Source: a virus (Duplodnaviria; Caudoviricetes). Taken from it: a DNA stretch of 64,000 nt. Within the stretch, counting starts at the first letter, position 1. Each line of letters starts with the position of its first letter. This document shows positions 51,275 to 61,633 of this stretch, one piece after another. The notes under the pieces were generated by a model, which ran no database searches, was not told where the DNA came from, and worked only from the letters and a program-made list of their open reading frames with translations. The stretch spans positions 1-64,000 of the IMG/VR virus record IMGVR_UViG_3300032305_002044; one strand, 5' to 3'. Position numbers and translations under genes: made by a program.

Positions 51275-53455
51275 ATGGCTTACAATAAGCCTGGCGTGTA
51301 CGTCGAAGAGACACTTACACCTAACGTGCCTGTTGCCCCAACGGTTGCTGACTCAGTAGCAGCTTTTATTGGTAGAGCAGACCGTGGACCTACTGAAGTT
51401 GTAGGCGGTAACGTTGTTGGTATCCCTACTTTTGTTAACAGCTGGTCTGACTTTGTTAACAATTTTAGCTTTGGATCATCTCTTAACACTTTTAGTGGTG
51501 CAGGACTTGGCGTTACAACTTCAGCAACTTCCGCTGCCTATGTAGCCAATACCCCTAACTCCGTAATTACTGTAGCTGCAACTACTAACGTAGTTGTTGG
51601 TATGACTGTTTCAGGAACTGGTATTGAACCAACCGCAACGGTAACAAGTATTTCTGGAACAGATGTTACTTTGTCTCTACCAATTACAGCAACTGTTTCT
51701 GGAAATGTTAACTTTGCTAATAACTCCTTAAAATACGCAGTAAAGTCTTTTTTTGATAATGGTGGCGGTGGCGCTTATGTTCTTCGAGAAGTTAATACTG
51801 ATGCGGTACGAGCCTCAGTTTCTTTTCGCGACAGTAGTGGCGCTATTACCCAAGCTTACAGCTGGCAGTTTGAAGCTATTTCTGCTAGTAAAGTAGTTAG
51901 AATTACTAGCGCTACTGCTGGTCAATTTACTGGCGCTCTTGTTGGTGACTCCGTTTCATTCTCAGGAGTTACTCTTACTAACTATCTTTTCCTTAATAGT
52001 AACCGCTGGGTTATTGCTGCTGTAGATGGCACTGGAACTACTTTAGACATTGTTTACAACGGCGCTAGCTTTGCTCAAGCATCTCAAGCTCTTGGTACCG
52101 CAATTGTTATTACTAATGCTGTGGTTAGCGCTACTGCTTCTTTAACAGTTACGGCTAAAGATCACGGCGCATGGGGAAATAATGTATGGGTAGGTATTTA
52201 CCCTAATAATAACGCTGGTTACTTTGACCTGCATGTTTTCTACTCAACTACTGCTACTACATCAACCGCACTTACTGATGTTAACCGAGTTGAACGATTT
52301 GTTAAGCTAAGCATGGACACCACAGACGCTCGGTACGTAATTAATAACGTATCTTCTAAATGGATTACTGTTACAGATGCAGGCTCTGCCGCAACTGGAT
52401 ACGCGGACCTTCCTGCGTTTACAGGTACTTGGTCAACTTCACCAACAGCCGTAAGTATTAATAGCACTTCTGGAGCACTAAATTGGAACTCAATAGGCTT
52501 TGATACTAGTGTTGTTAGCGCCGCTCGTCTAGGCGTTACTAGTACTACCAATAATACTTTAGCTGGTACTGCTGGAGCTTCAGGTATTGCAACCCCAGTT
52601 GCTGCTACTACAACAATTCCACGCCTTGATAGCTTGACGTTCCCGCTTATCCTTAATTTCCCTGCTAGGACTGATGCTACAACAGTTAATGCGTTAACCA
52701 CATATGCAGCAACTCGTACAGATTCATTTGTAGTTATTGATACAAAAAATGATACTGTAACTAACACGCTTGCAGCAATTGCTGGATACACTACTAATCA
52801 AAATTATGGTGCTGTTTACTACCCTAATATTGTTATTGCTGAACCAGCTTCAACCACTGGGCAGACTAGGTTAATCCCGTCTGGTGGTGCAGTTGCGGCC
52901 CTGTACACAATTACAGATACTTCTCGCGGCGTGTTTAAAGCGCCTGCTGGGTCTCAGACTCGAATATCCTCAGCGGTATCTGTGCAAGCATTAACTAGTG
53001 ATGAGTTTAACCGAGTTGGAGGAACTACTCCAAACTTAAACATTATTCGTTTTGTTCCTGGAGCGGGTATCTGTGTTATGGGCGCTCGCACGCTTAAGAG
53101 TAACTCTTCAGATATTTATGTACCAGTTCGTCGCTCATTAAACTATCTATCGTATAACTTGCGTAGTATCACCCAATTTGCAGTGTTTGAACCTAATGAT
53201 GCAAACCTTTGGTCTCGTGTAAATGCTGTAGTTACTGGTTTCTTGGATGACTTCTGGCGTGCAGGCGGATTGGCTGGGGCTTCTTCAAGCGCAGCCTATT
53301 TTGTTAAGTGCGATGAAACAATTAATACTCCTGCAGTAGTTAACGCTGGAGAACTTCGAATTGAGGTTGGTGTAGCTTTACAACGCCCAGCAGAGTTCGT
53401 AATTATTACAATTGGTCAAATTGATGGTGGCGCAACAGTCACCACTTCTATTTAA
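51275..53455 (+). CDS. Tail sheath protein
   Basis: PGVYVEE, FF.NGG, RGVFKAPAG, GARTL, YVPVRR, AVFEPN, PAEFV. Confidence 0.95.
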   Translation: MAYNKPGVYVEETLTPNVPVAPTVADSVAAFIGRADRGPTEVVGGNVVGIPTFVNSWSDFVNNFSFGSSLNTFSGAGLGVTTSATSAAYVANTPNSVITVAATTNVVVGMTVSGTGIEPTATVTSISGTDVTLSLPITATVSGNVNFANNSLKYAVKSFFDNGGGGAYVLREVNTDAVRASVSFRDSSGAITQAYSWQFEAISASKVVRITSATAGQFTGALVGDSVSFSGVTLTNYLFLNSNRWVIAAVDGTGTTLDIVYNGASFAQASQALGTAIVITNAVVSATASLTVTAKDHGAWGNNVWVGIYPNNNAGYFDLHVFYSTTATTSTALTDVNRVERFVKLSMDTTDARYVINNVSSKWITVTDAGSAATGYADLPAFTGTWSTSPTAVSINSTSGALNWNSIGFDTSVVSAARLGVTSTTNNTLAGTAGASGIATPVAATTTIPRLDSLTFPLILNFPARTDATTVNALTTYAATRTDSFVVIDTKNDTVTNTLAAIAGYTTNQNYGAVYYPNIVIAEPASTTGQTRLIPSGGAVAALYTITDTSRGVFKAPAGSQTRISSAVSVQALTSDEFNRVGGTTPNLNIIRFVPGAGICVMGARTLKSNSSDIYVPVRRSLNYLSYNLRSITQFAVFEPNDANLWSRVNAVVTGFLDDFWRAGGLAGASSSAAYFVKCDETINTPAVVNAGELRIEVGVALQRPAEFVIITIGQIDGGATVTTSI

Positions 53456-53468
53456 GGAAATATGAACA

Positions 53469-54128
53469 ATGGCTGAAACAACTAAAGTAGTTAACGTTAT
53501 TGATAGCAGGTCTACAATTGGCTCTGACCCTTTACGCAGGTTTAGGTTCCGCGCTGTATTTTCTCCTGCGCCTTCTGGAGGCACTGCTATTGGCACTGCG
53601 TTTGATCCTCGAATCACGTCTTTTAGCGGTGGGTTTAATGCCATAAATGGCCTAGGTATTAAAGTAAATCCTATTGAATACCGTGAGGGTGGGTATAACA
53701 CTACTACGCATAAGATTCCTGGTCAGGCAACTTTTGATGATATTACGTTTTCTCGTGGCGCTTTATACGGCAATGACGGTGCTATTACTTGGATGCGCGG
53801 TTTATTTGCTGCTGCTTCTGGTGATGGAATTGGGTTAACAGCAGCAAATGGTGGAGGATTTAGATGCAACATTTCTGTGTTTTTAATGGACCATCCAAGC
53901 TCCGCGGCACTTACAAACACTCCTCGTATAGGGTTTTTCATTCACAATGCTTGGATTAATACTCTTACATACAGCGGCCTTGATGCTGGTTCTAACGATC
54001 TTTTGTTTGAAGGTATGACTCTTTCACACGAAGGTATCTCAATAGCAATGGTAGATGTTTCTTCAACTGGAACTATTTCAGCCTCAGCAGGCAACAAGAT
54101 TCCTGCGGGATTCCCTGGTGCTACCTAA
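53469..54128 (+). CDS. Tail tube protein (T4 gp19-like)
   Basis: DPL..F.F, IEYREGG, PG...F..IT..RG, NAW, LDA, E...L.HEG. Confidence 0.9.
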   Translation: MAETTKVVNVIDSRSTIGSDPLRRFRFRAVFSPAPSGGTAIGTAFDPRITSFSGGFNAINGLGIKVNPIEYREGGYNTTTHKIPGQATFDDITFSRGALYGNDGAITWMRGLFAAASGDGIGLTAANGGGFRCNISVFLMDHPSSAALTNTPRIGFFIHNAWINTLTYSGLDAGSNDLLFEGMTLSHEGISIAMVDVSSTGTISASAGNKIPAGFPGAT

Positions 54129-54167
54129 AATATAGTACAATAAACAAAACAATAATAAGGAGTATTA

Positions 54168-54968
54168 ATGGAATTTAGCGATCCAAATGCTATAGCTGCA
54201 CTAGCTAAAGAATTTGAAAGCGCATCATTGGATGACACTAAAGTAGAAATTATTACCGAGGCGCCTTCAAGCAATGTGGTTAATTTGCCAGGAGGGTTTG
54301 TACTTAAAGACGGAACTCTTGTCAAAAACGTTGAGATTAAAGAACTAAACGGGTTTGATGAAGAGGCTCTTGTTAAAACTACAACTTCTAATCGACTACT
54401 TCACACTGCGTTTACTAGAGGACTAGTTAGTGTTGGCAACGTACCAGTATTTGATGTGGATTTAGACACTATGCTTTCGGGCGATAGGGACGCTATTCTT
54501 CTTGGAATTCGTATTGCTACCTTCGGTAAAGATGTTGAGTACTCAGCTTCTTGTCCAAAGTGCTTAGAGTCCCAAACTTTTGTTATTGATTTAACTACAG
54601 ATGTTGAAACCAGACAGCTTACCGAACCTATTAGTGACAGAGTTTTTTCGGTTAAACTTAAAAACGGTGAAGCAATAGTAACGCTTCCTAACGGCATTAC
54701 TAATAAAAAACTATTAGACGCGGACGATAAGTCCACATCTGAATTAGTAACTATTGTGCTATCAGGATGCATAGTCAGTATTGATGGGATGCCATCTTTA
54801 GGGGTACAAACTGCCCTTAATCTTGGTATTTTAGATAGAGAAGCTATTGTCTCTGCTATATACAAAAGAACCCCAGGCCCACGCCTTGGGGAGGTGACAA
54901 AGGCTTGCAAGGCATGTGATAATGAAGTTCCATTACCACTAAGTCTGGCTAGTTTATTTCAATTATAA
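54168..54968 (+). CDS. Tail assembly chaperone or baseplate hub assembly protein
   Basis: EL.G.DEE, L.GDRD..LL.IR..T.G, CPKC, CKAC. Confidence 0.75.
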   Translation: MEFSDPNAIAALAKEFESASLDDTKVEIITEAPSSNVVNLPGGFVLKDGTLVKNVEIKELNGFDEEALVKTTTSNRLLHTAFTRGLVSVGNVPVFDVDLDTMLSGDRDAILLGIRIATFGKDVEYSASCPKCLESQTFVIDLTTDVETRQLTEPISDRVFSVKLKNGEAIVTLPNGITNKKLLDADDKSTSELVTIVLSGCIVSIDGMPSLGVQTALNLGILDREAIVSAIYKRTPGPRLGEVTKACKACDNEVPLPLSLASLFQL

Positions 54969-54990
54969 AATTGAACATTACGTTGATTTA

Positions 54991-55101
54991 ATGGACTCCT
55001 ACGAAATAATAATCCGAGCATTTACTGGTTGGAGCCTCAGCGATGTGCGCTCTCTTTCCTACAGGGAAAGAAAAAACTGGCTATTACGAGCTACTAGATA
55101 A
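54991..55101 (+). CDS. Short chaperone C-terminal segment (36 aa; possible frameshift extension)
   Basis: GWSLSDVRSL..RER..W, typical of the pre-tape-measure ORF. Confidence 0.6.
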   Translation: MDSYEIIIRAFTGWSLSDVRSLSYRERKNWLLRATR

Positions 55102-55109
55102 GGATTATC

Positions 55110-56594
55110 ATGGCAGATAGTGAAGAGATTATTGAACGGCGGGCAAGTAATGCTGCCATGGCGCGGTTAGAACGTGCTATAACTTCTTTAACAAGTCAAT
55201 TTGCCTCAAGTAACAGCTCTCCGTCTAGCAGCGGTGGTGGTGTTAGCGCAGCTGCTCCATCTTTTGGTACTGCGGGCGGAGCTCCTAGCCCTCCTCGTTT
55301 TACTAACTATACTGACCGTCAAAACTTTACTAAGATATTAACTTCTTTTGGTAATGGCGCGCTTGGCCTTGCTGGCGCGGTGTCTATGGCCTTACCTACT
55401 ACTCAAGAAGCGGTAGATGTCCAAGCACTAGCTAATCGTATGCGGTTCTATGGAGGAACTAACTACAGTACTGAAGCCAAAGCAATGAAGGCTCAGCTAC
55501 AAACTTCTCTTATGGGCACTGCGACTAGCCCTGAAGATTCCGCTCTTGCATCTAATTATGCATCACAAAGAGGCTTAATGCCTGGGTTAGCAAACTTTGG
55601 TGTGGGCAAAAACTATACAGGTATTATGGGAGGCGCTGCCCTTGCGTCTAACTTAACTCCAGGTCTTGGTATTACAGGTGGCGTAGGGGTTATGGCAGGC
55701 CTTAACGATCCTAAACTAGTTAACATGTCACGCATGTTTGGTATCCAAACGCGTAATAAAGAGGGCACTGGCATGGTAGATTTGCCACAAATTATTAAAC
55801 AACTTTACGATATTTTAGCTAAAGCAGGACCTGTTACTCCAGAGAATATAGCTATTTCTGCTATGCCAGGTAACGCTCTTGATAGCATTCTTAATCAGTA
55901 CTTTGGATTAGACCCTAATGTTAGAAGCACAGTACTTGCTGGTATTACCCAGTTAGCTAAAAACAAAGGTTCAGTTAGCTCTTTAACTAGCAAAGCAGCT
56001 CTTACAACGTCAGGCGCATCTACTGATGCTATTGCCTCTACTGGATATAGAGCCTCAACTGAATTAAGTTTGCTTCAAGCATATGCTGGTCGCACAACAA
56101 CAAACCTCATTGGCACTAACAATATTCTTAATGATATTTATAAAGGCGTAGCCAAGACTGCAACTGGTAAGGGCGTTGAAGATAAAGCAGTACAAATGAT
56201 TTCAAACCTTTCAACTATCCTTGAAACATTTGGCGGTGCAAGAAATGGCGCTGGGCAACTACTTGTTGACACTATGTTTGATCTTACTGGAGATGCTGCA
56301 ACAGGAGCATTTAAAGGCCTACAAAGCGGAAAATTTTTGGGCAAAGCTCTTACAGTTGGTGGCATTGGATTAGGGGCGTATGGTGGGTACAAGCTTAATC
56401 AAAAATTTAGCAATAGTTTTGCTGACGGCACCGTAAGAAATCCACTTGGTATAGGGACCGAGACTGGGGTACAGCCAACAAATCCAGGCCAACTATTTAC
56501 TGGCGCAATCACCATTAACGTGTCAGCTCCTTTAGGTCAAGACCCATACGCGTTTGCTTCGGCAATTACTAAGTCATTAAGCGCGGCGATGTAG
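55110..56594 (+). CDS. Tape measure-like protein (short)
   Basis: Ala/Gly-rich and helical; follows the chaperone. Confidence 0.65.
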   Translation: MADSEEIIERRASNAAMARLERAITSLTSQFASSNSSPSSSGGGVSAAAPSFGTAGGAPSPPRFTNYTDRQNFTKILTSFGNGALGLAGAVSMALPTTQEAVDVQALANRMRFYGGTNYSTEAKAMKAQLQTSLMGTATSPEDSALASNYASQRGLMPGLANFGVGKNYTGIMGGAALASNLTPGLGITGGVGVMAGLNDPKLVNMSRMFGIQTRNKEGTGMVDLPQIIKQLYDILAKAGPVTPENIAISAMPGNALDSILNQYFGLDPNVRSTVLAGITQLAKNKGSVSSLTSKAALTTSGASTDAIASTGYRASTELSLLQAYAGRTTTNLIGTNNILNDIYKGVAKTATGKGVEDKAVQMISNLSTILETFGGARNGAGQLLVDTMFDLTGDAATGAFKGLQSGKFLGKALTVGGIGLGAYGGYKLNQKFSNSFADGTVRNPLGIGTETGVQPTNPGQLFTGAITINVSAPLGQDPYAFASAITKSLSAAM

Positions 56595-56595
56595 C

Positions 56596-57633
56596 ATGGC
56601 TATACCACCCCCAGGCGGATTTGAAGGTTACAGAAACCCAGGTGTTACGGGTACGGGTGCTATAGGCGACGAAAAAAACCCAGGCGGTACAGGCACTTCA
56701 AAAGTAATTAATGCGGCTGCCTCTCCATGGATTGGGGCAGATGCTAAAACAAGTACACAAAGCGGTCTTGGTTTAAATGGCTACCAATGGAACTTACCTC
56801 CACATAAATGGAGTCTTCCTGTAGAACCCTCTTTAGATGACATGGTTATAGACCCTGCTACTAGAGCAATTGGAGCCACTCATAAGTACCGCCGTGGTCG
56901 CATTTATTGGTATGCACGCGTTGATAACACGTACGTTAACAGCAATAATTATAATTACGGTGGCAAAGACGATCCTAGATACGGATTTCAATTTATGTGG
57001 AACCCTACTGAGTTTAATACTTCAGTAGCAGTTAACATGAGTGTTACGCCTACGTTTGCTGATAAATTTGCTACTGTAGTTGGCGCATTCCCTAGCGGTC
57101 AAGCTTTAAGTTTACAGATAGCTCTTGATAGAACTAATGACTTTGCGTGCTTAAACTCTTTAAACCTTAACGCTAGTGATTTACAATCAATTAGTTCACT
57201 AAACAACCCTACGGCATTTAATGCTAAAGATAATAAAGCTATTACTGAAGCCGCAACTACATTTGCCTCAAGTACATTTGCGTCTACTTTGGGATACACA
57301 CCTGGTCACTCTTTTGATCAGGGGTTTGCAGAAACTCTTATTAGTAAAGTATTAAATTTAGCTAGATACGGAACTACTGCAGATATTGAATATATCTACA
57401 AAGCCATTAATGGTCCTGGTTGGACAAACGTAGCTACAGGTAGGGAGTCTTCTGAAATTGGATTTCTTCGCCCTACACTTTTACGCATTGATTTAGGGCC
57501 ATTAAGTTACTTAGGATACGTCAGCGCTATGAATGTAAGCCATACCAAATTTACTAAAGGAATGATACCTATGGCATCTACTATTGATTTGCAGTTTAAC
57601 CTTATGGCTACTGCAGGATTGTCGAGTCAATAA
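56596..57633 (+). CDS. Tail tube initiator or baseplate protein
   Basis: FQF.WNP.E, GYV....V.HT.F...M.P. Confidence 0.65.
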   Translation: MAIPPPGGFEGYRNPGVTGTGAIGDEKNPGGTGTSKVINAAASPWIGADAKTSTQSGLGLNGYQWNLPPHKWSLPVEPSLDDMVIDPATRAIGATHKYRRGRIYWYARVDNTYVNSNNYNYGGKDDPRYGFQFMWNPTEFNTSVAVNMSVTPTFADKFATVVGAFPSGQALSLQIALDRTNDFACLNSLNLNASDLQSISSLNNPTAFNAKDNKAITEAATTFASSTFASTLGYTPGHSFDQGFAETLISKVLNLARYGTTADIEYIYKAINGPGWTNVATGRESSEIGFLRPTLLRIDLGPLSYLGYVSAMNVSHTKFTKGMIPMASTIDLQFNLMATAGLSSQ

Positions 57634-57914
57634 TGGCTATCCGCGCAGGCTCCAGATACGAAACTTCGGTTGTAGATTATTTTAGAAAAGTAGAGAACGG
57701 TCAAACGTTTCCAATTGTGTTTTACAATTTTGATTACTTAAACTCAATATCTTTTGTTCCTCATACTTTTGTTGAAGGTGAAACATTAACAGGGTTATCT
57801 TGGAGATACTTTAACCGCCCAGATTTATGGTGGGCTATTGCCGAGTACAACCCAGAAATTAAAGATTTTATTAATATTCCTGGTGGAACGGTATTAAGAA
57901 TCCCTAATGTTTAA
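57633..57914 (+). CDS. LysM / tail-X-like baseplate protein
   Basis: GETL..LS.RY...P.LWW.IA..NP...GTVLRIP. Confidence 0.85.
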   Translation: MAIRAGSRYETSVVDYFRKVENGQTFPIVFYNFDYLNSISFVPHTFVEGETLTGLSWRYFNRPDLWWAIAEYNPEIKDFINIPGGTVLRIPNV

Positions 57915-59226
57915 TTATATATCTGTATCGTTTCCGTTATCTCAAAATGCACCTCAACGAGTAAGCTCGTTTACTTTAAGCCAAGAACGCTACGCTCACG
58001 AAATGGCTACTATTAAGTTTAGAGATTGGGGAATTTCCTATACTAGTGTGCGCCCAGGCGACCCTGTAAAATGTGTGCTTAGAGGTAAGGACAGCTCTAG
58101 AGAGTTTGTAGGGTACGTGCACGAGATTAAACCCAATATTACTCCTGGGTCCAACTTTGTAGAAGTTACTGTTATTGGCGCATCTTACCGTTTAAAGCAG
58201 GCCAGGCAAAAAGTATATGAAAACGTAACTGCCACAGATGTTATTAAAAGTATTGCTAATAAATATGGGTTCTCTACGTCTAATGTCCAACAACACGGGC
58301 GAGTATACGAACAGGTAGTACAAGCTGGACACACAGAACTTCAGCTAATGAGCAGGCTAGCAAAACAATGTGGTTATTCACTACGTATTGAGAACACTAA
58401 TATTTACTTTGAGCCTTTAACTTTTAACTACGAAGAAAGTAGGGTTAACGCTCAAACGTATACAATGCGTGAAGCCAATGACCCTGCTGGTTCGACTCTA
58501 TATTCTTTTAATTTAACGTTAGGAGATAGTGTTGCATACAAGGACTCTTACAAGTCTGCGGTGCAAATAGGTGGCGTTGACCCTAATACTATATCTTCAA
58601 GTCTTGTAACTAACCAACGTCAGAACACGCTTAACGAGACCCAAGCTACTGAGTTTTTTGATAGTTTTGCTACTAATACGGTTGCTCCATCGTTTACGAT
58701 TGCTGCGTATGAGGCAAAGGCAGCTGATGAACGAAACCGCTTTCCTTACCGTGCACGTATTCAAGTTATTGGTACGCCTGAAATTAAACCTGACCAGCCC
58801 ATTTACCTAGAGGGCATTGGCCCTAATTACTCAGGGTATTGGATCGTACTCTACGCTGAACATTTTATAGTAGAGGAATCTCCTAATATTTTAAAGTATG
58901 TAACTGTCCTTGACGTAGGTGCTGATTCTATTGGGCAAGCCCAGTCTTGGAAAGGTAATGTAGTTACTTCTCCAGGTAGTTTTAGAGTACGCAAACTAGT
59001 ACCCGATACACGAAATGTACCGCCAATCTCATCATCAGTGTTGACTGAGGGAACAGGCACTTACAACAATGCTGGGTTTACCGAAGTAACAAATCGCGAA
59101 ACTGCCTCTAATGTTAAACCTTACGTTTGGGTAACAGTAGGGGTTGGGGAAGTTTCTACTACAATTGATGTAAGAAACCGACCTGAAACAGTGGTTAAGA
59201 GATTGGAGAACAAAGGTGTACTCTGA
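57907..59226 (+). CDS. Baseplate hub (gp27 / late control D-like)
   Basis: Q...T..Q.M.RLA..CGY, G.P.IKP...I.L.GIG..YSG.W. Confidence 0.8.
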   Translation: MFNYISVSFPLSQNAPQRVSSFTLSQERYAHEMATIKFRDWGISYTSVRPGDPVKCVLRGKDSSREFVGYVHEIKPNITPGSNFVEVTVIGASYRLKQARQKVYENVTATDVIKSIANKYGFSTSNVQQHGRVYEQVVQAGHTELQLMSRLAKQCGYSLRIENTNIYFEPLTFNYEESRVNAQTYTMREANDPAGSTLYSFNLTLGDSVAYKDSYKSAVQIGGVDPNTISSSLVTNQRQNTLNETQATEFFDSFATNTVAPSFTIAAYEAKAADERNRFPYRARIQVIGTPEIKPDQPIYLEGIGPNYSGYWIVLYAEHFIVEESPNILKYVTVLDVGADSIGQAQSWKGNVVTSPGSFRVRKLVPDTRNVPPISSSVLTEGTGTYNNAGFTEVTNRETASNVKPYVWVTVGVGEVSTTIDVRNRPETVVKRLENKGVL

Positions 59227-59485
59227 TTTATTTACAGGTGACCTATCTGATAAAAGGTTTTACGGCGTTTACCGCGGTATTGTGCAAGAAACTAACGACC
59301 CCCTTAACTTAAAACGTATTAAAATGCAAGTTCCTCAAATTTTAGGAACCGCCGTTACAGGTTGGGCTTGGGGTGTGCAGCCATCAATAGCTTCCGCTTT
59401 GGTTGTGCCAGATCCTGGTATGGGCGTCTGGGTAATGTTTGAAGGCGGAGACCCTAATTTCCCACTATGGCTAGGAGTTTTCTAA
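59216..59485 (+). CDS. Baseplate spike OB-fold (gp5/gpV N-terminal domain only)
   Basis: YRG.V....DP....RIK..VP...WA...P..G.GVWV.FE.GD...P.W.G. Confidence 0.85.
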   Translation: MYSDLFTGDLSDKRFYGVYRGIVQETNDPLNLKRIKMQVPQILGTAVTGWAWGVQPSIASALVVPDPGMGVWVMFEGGDPNFPLWLGVF

Positions 59486-59486
59486 A

Positions 59487-59918
59487 ATGGCAACTATTCC
59501 AAGTAGCATCTTGGCTACATCTACCTACTCGGTTTCACTACCTTTTAATATATCTGCTAATGGCAAGATTGGTATTGTACCTGATTCGTCCCCTAAAGCT
59601 TGGCGTGATCGCGTATTAACCCTGTTATCAACAGGAATTAACGAAAGAATTTGGTACTATAATTACGGAGCTAGTTTAGACGGATTACTATATGAAACCG
59701 CAGGCAGTGCTATTGAGCTAGGTAGGCGAGCAATTACGGAGATGTTTGCTTCGTGGATTCCTCAACTTTCTTTATTGGATGTAGTACCTGGCTATGACAG
59801 CGGTACAGCGACCCTTGAGCTTACTATTATATATAAACTTCCCAATGGGGAAAACGATTCTGTTACAATATCTACAGCATCTTTAACTGCTGCAGGCGAA
59901 ACAATTAAGGGTTCATAA
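59487..59918 (+). CDS. Baseplate wedge / sheath initiator (gp25-like)
   Basis: LL.T...ER....YG..L..L.YE. Confidence 0.8.
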   Translation: MATIPSSILATSTYSVSLPFNISANGKIGIVPDSSPKAWRDRVLTLLSTGINERIWYYNYGASLDGLLYETAGSAIELGRRAITEMFASWIPQLSLLDVVPGYDSGTATLELTIIYKLPNGENDSVTISTASLTAAGETIKGS

Positions 59919-61633
59919 TGGCTGATAATCTGTACCTTCCTCAGGTTGATTACACTTCACGAGACTACGTCTCTATCCGTGATGATTTAATTGCGCTTAT
60001 TCCTAACTTTACCCCTCAGTGGACATCTCGCGACTCTAATGATTTTGGCATTATCCTTCTTGAGTTGTTTTCTTACCTAGGGGATTTGCTTAATTACCAA
60101 ATTGACCGTGCCGCAAATGAAAGCTACCTCAACACATCTACTCAACGCGACACTGTTATTGCTATTGCTAAACTTCTTAACTACATTCCTAATGATATTA
60201 GTCCTGCTACTGGCACTGTTACTTTCTCTAATTCAGGCGTTAATCCTACCACTGTACCTGCGGGAACTTTGGTGTCTACCGTTTCTGACGGCATTAGTCC
60301 TTCAATCACATTTACTACTACGGCTGATGTGCCACTTAACGCTATTGTAGGAACTACTCCTGGAACAGGCTCAGTAGTTGTAACTCAAGGACAGTCTTTA
60401 ACTGAAACTGTAGGTACATCAAACGGTACTATTAACCAAAGATTTGCACTTACTACTCCAGGCGTCATTACTAGTGGAGCACTTGTAGTTACTGTAGGGT
60501 CATTAGCATATACCAAAGTTTCATACATTATTGATTACGCGGCTGACGATCCTGTATTTTCAACTTTTACTGATGGTACGGGAACTACGTATTTGCAGTT
60601 TGGTGACGGAATATCTGGACGAATTCCGCCAACAGGATCAACTATAACTGCAACATACACTTACTCATCTACATCTGGAGCACTAGGAAACGTAGCTGCT
60701 GGAACGGTTACTACCCTTCAAAGTAATGATTCTTTTGTAAATGCTTGGGTTGATGTAACTAACGCCGCAGCGTTTAGCGGTGGAGCAGACCCTGAGTCAA
60801 CGGACTCAATCAGAGTCAATGCACCCGCTAATTTACGTAGCCTTAACCGCGCCGTATCCCTTGCAGACTATGGTCAAATTGCTTTAGGTGTTAATGGTGT
60901 TTCTAAAGCCATCGCTATGGCTACTAGTAAAAGTGCTGTAGTTTTATACATTGCTGCTTCAGGCGCTGCAGCATCTACTGGTGCATTTAAAACCATTGTA
61001 AGCGAATTTTTTACTGATAAAATGCCTCCAGGAACTACGCTTAAAGTTTTGGACTTTACCCCAGCATATCCTTACTTGAACGCTACGGTTAACGTACTTC
61101 CTCGGTATAACGCTGCTAATGTAGGCTCCGCTGTCCAGTCTGCTTTATATAGTTTATTTGCTTTTGATAACGTTACTTTTAATGACAACATCGCAATAGG
61201 AGATGTTCAAGCCGCTATTAAAGCAGTTGACGGTGTTAACTCTGTTACTTTAAACGATTACGAAAAACTTCCTGCGTTGTACTCACAGTCTGGTACAACC
61301 TCTACGGCTTCAACTACCTCTACCTCTACTACTACTTCAGTGCCTGTCTCTAGTTCTGCAGGTTTATGGGTGGGCGCCGCTATTAACTCTATTACTAACA
61401 GCAGTGGCACAGTATTGTACTCATACACTACGCCTGTTACTACTATTACAAGCATTCCTGATGCTACTAGCATAGTTATTAGCACTACTCCAACAGCTAT
61501 TACAATTCCAGCTAGCTCTGTAATTACTGTTAGAGGTAACGGAGGAACTACGGATTTTGTATGCGCTGTTAATGAAGTTCCAATCCTTAATTCTAATTAC
61601 ATCTATGTTGATACTACGGGTGGTACAACGTAA
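59918..61633 (+). CDS. Baseplate J / gp6-like wedge protein
   Basis: DYTSRDY, LLELF.Y.GD, FGDG..G.IP, GG.DPES...IR..AP, RAV...DY. Confidence 0.9.
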   Translation: MADNLYLPQVDYTSRDYVSIRDDLIALIPNFTPQWTSRDSNDFGIILLELFSYLGDLLNYQIDRAANESYLNTSTQRDTVIAIAKLLNYIPNDISPATGTVTFSNSGVNPTTVPAGTLVSTVSDGISPSITFTTTADVPLNAIVGTTPGTGSVVVTQGQSLTETVGTSNGTINQRFALTTPGVITSGALVVTVGSLAYTKVSYIIDYAADDPVFSTFTDGTGTTYLQFGDGISGRIPPTGSTITATYTYSSTSGALGNVAAGTVTTLQSNDSFVNAWVDVTNAAAFSGGADPESTDSIRVNAPANLRSLNRAVSLADYGQIALGVNGVSKAIAMATSKSAVVLYIAASGAAASTGAFKTIVSEFFTDKMPPGTTLKVLDFTPAYPYLNATVNVLPRYNAANVGSAVQSALYSLFAFDNVTFNDNIAIGDVQAAIKAVDGVNSVTLNDYEKLPALYSQSGTTSTASTTSTSTTTSVPVSSSAGLWVGAAINSITNSSGTVLYSYTTPVTTITSIPDATSIVISTTPTAITIPASSVITVRGNGGTTDFVCAVNEVPILNSNYIYVDTTGGTT

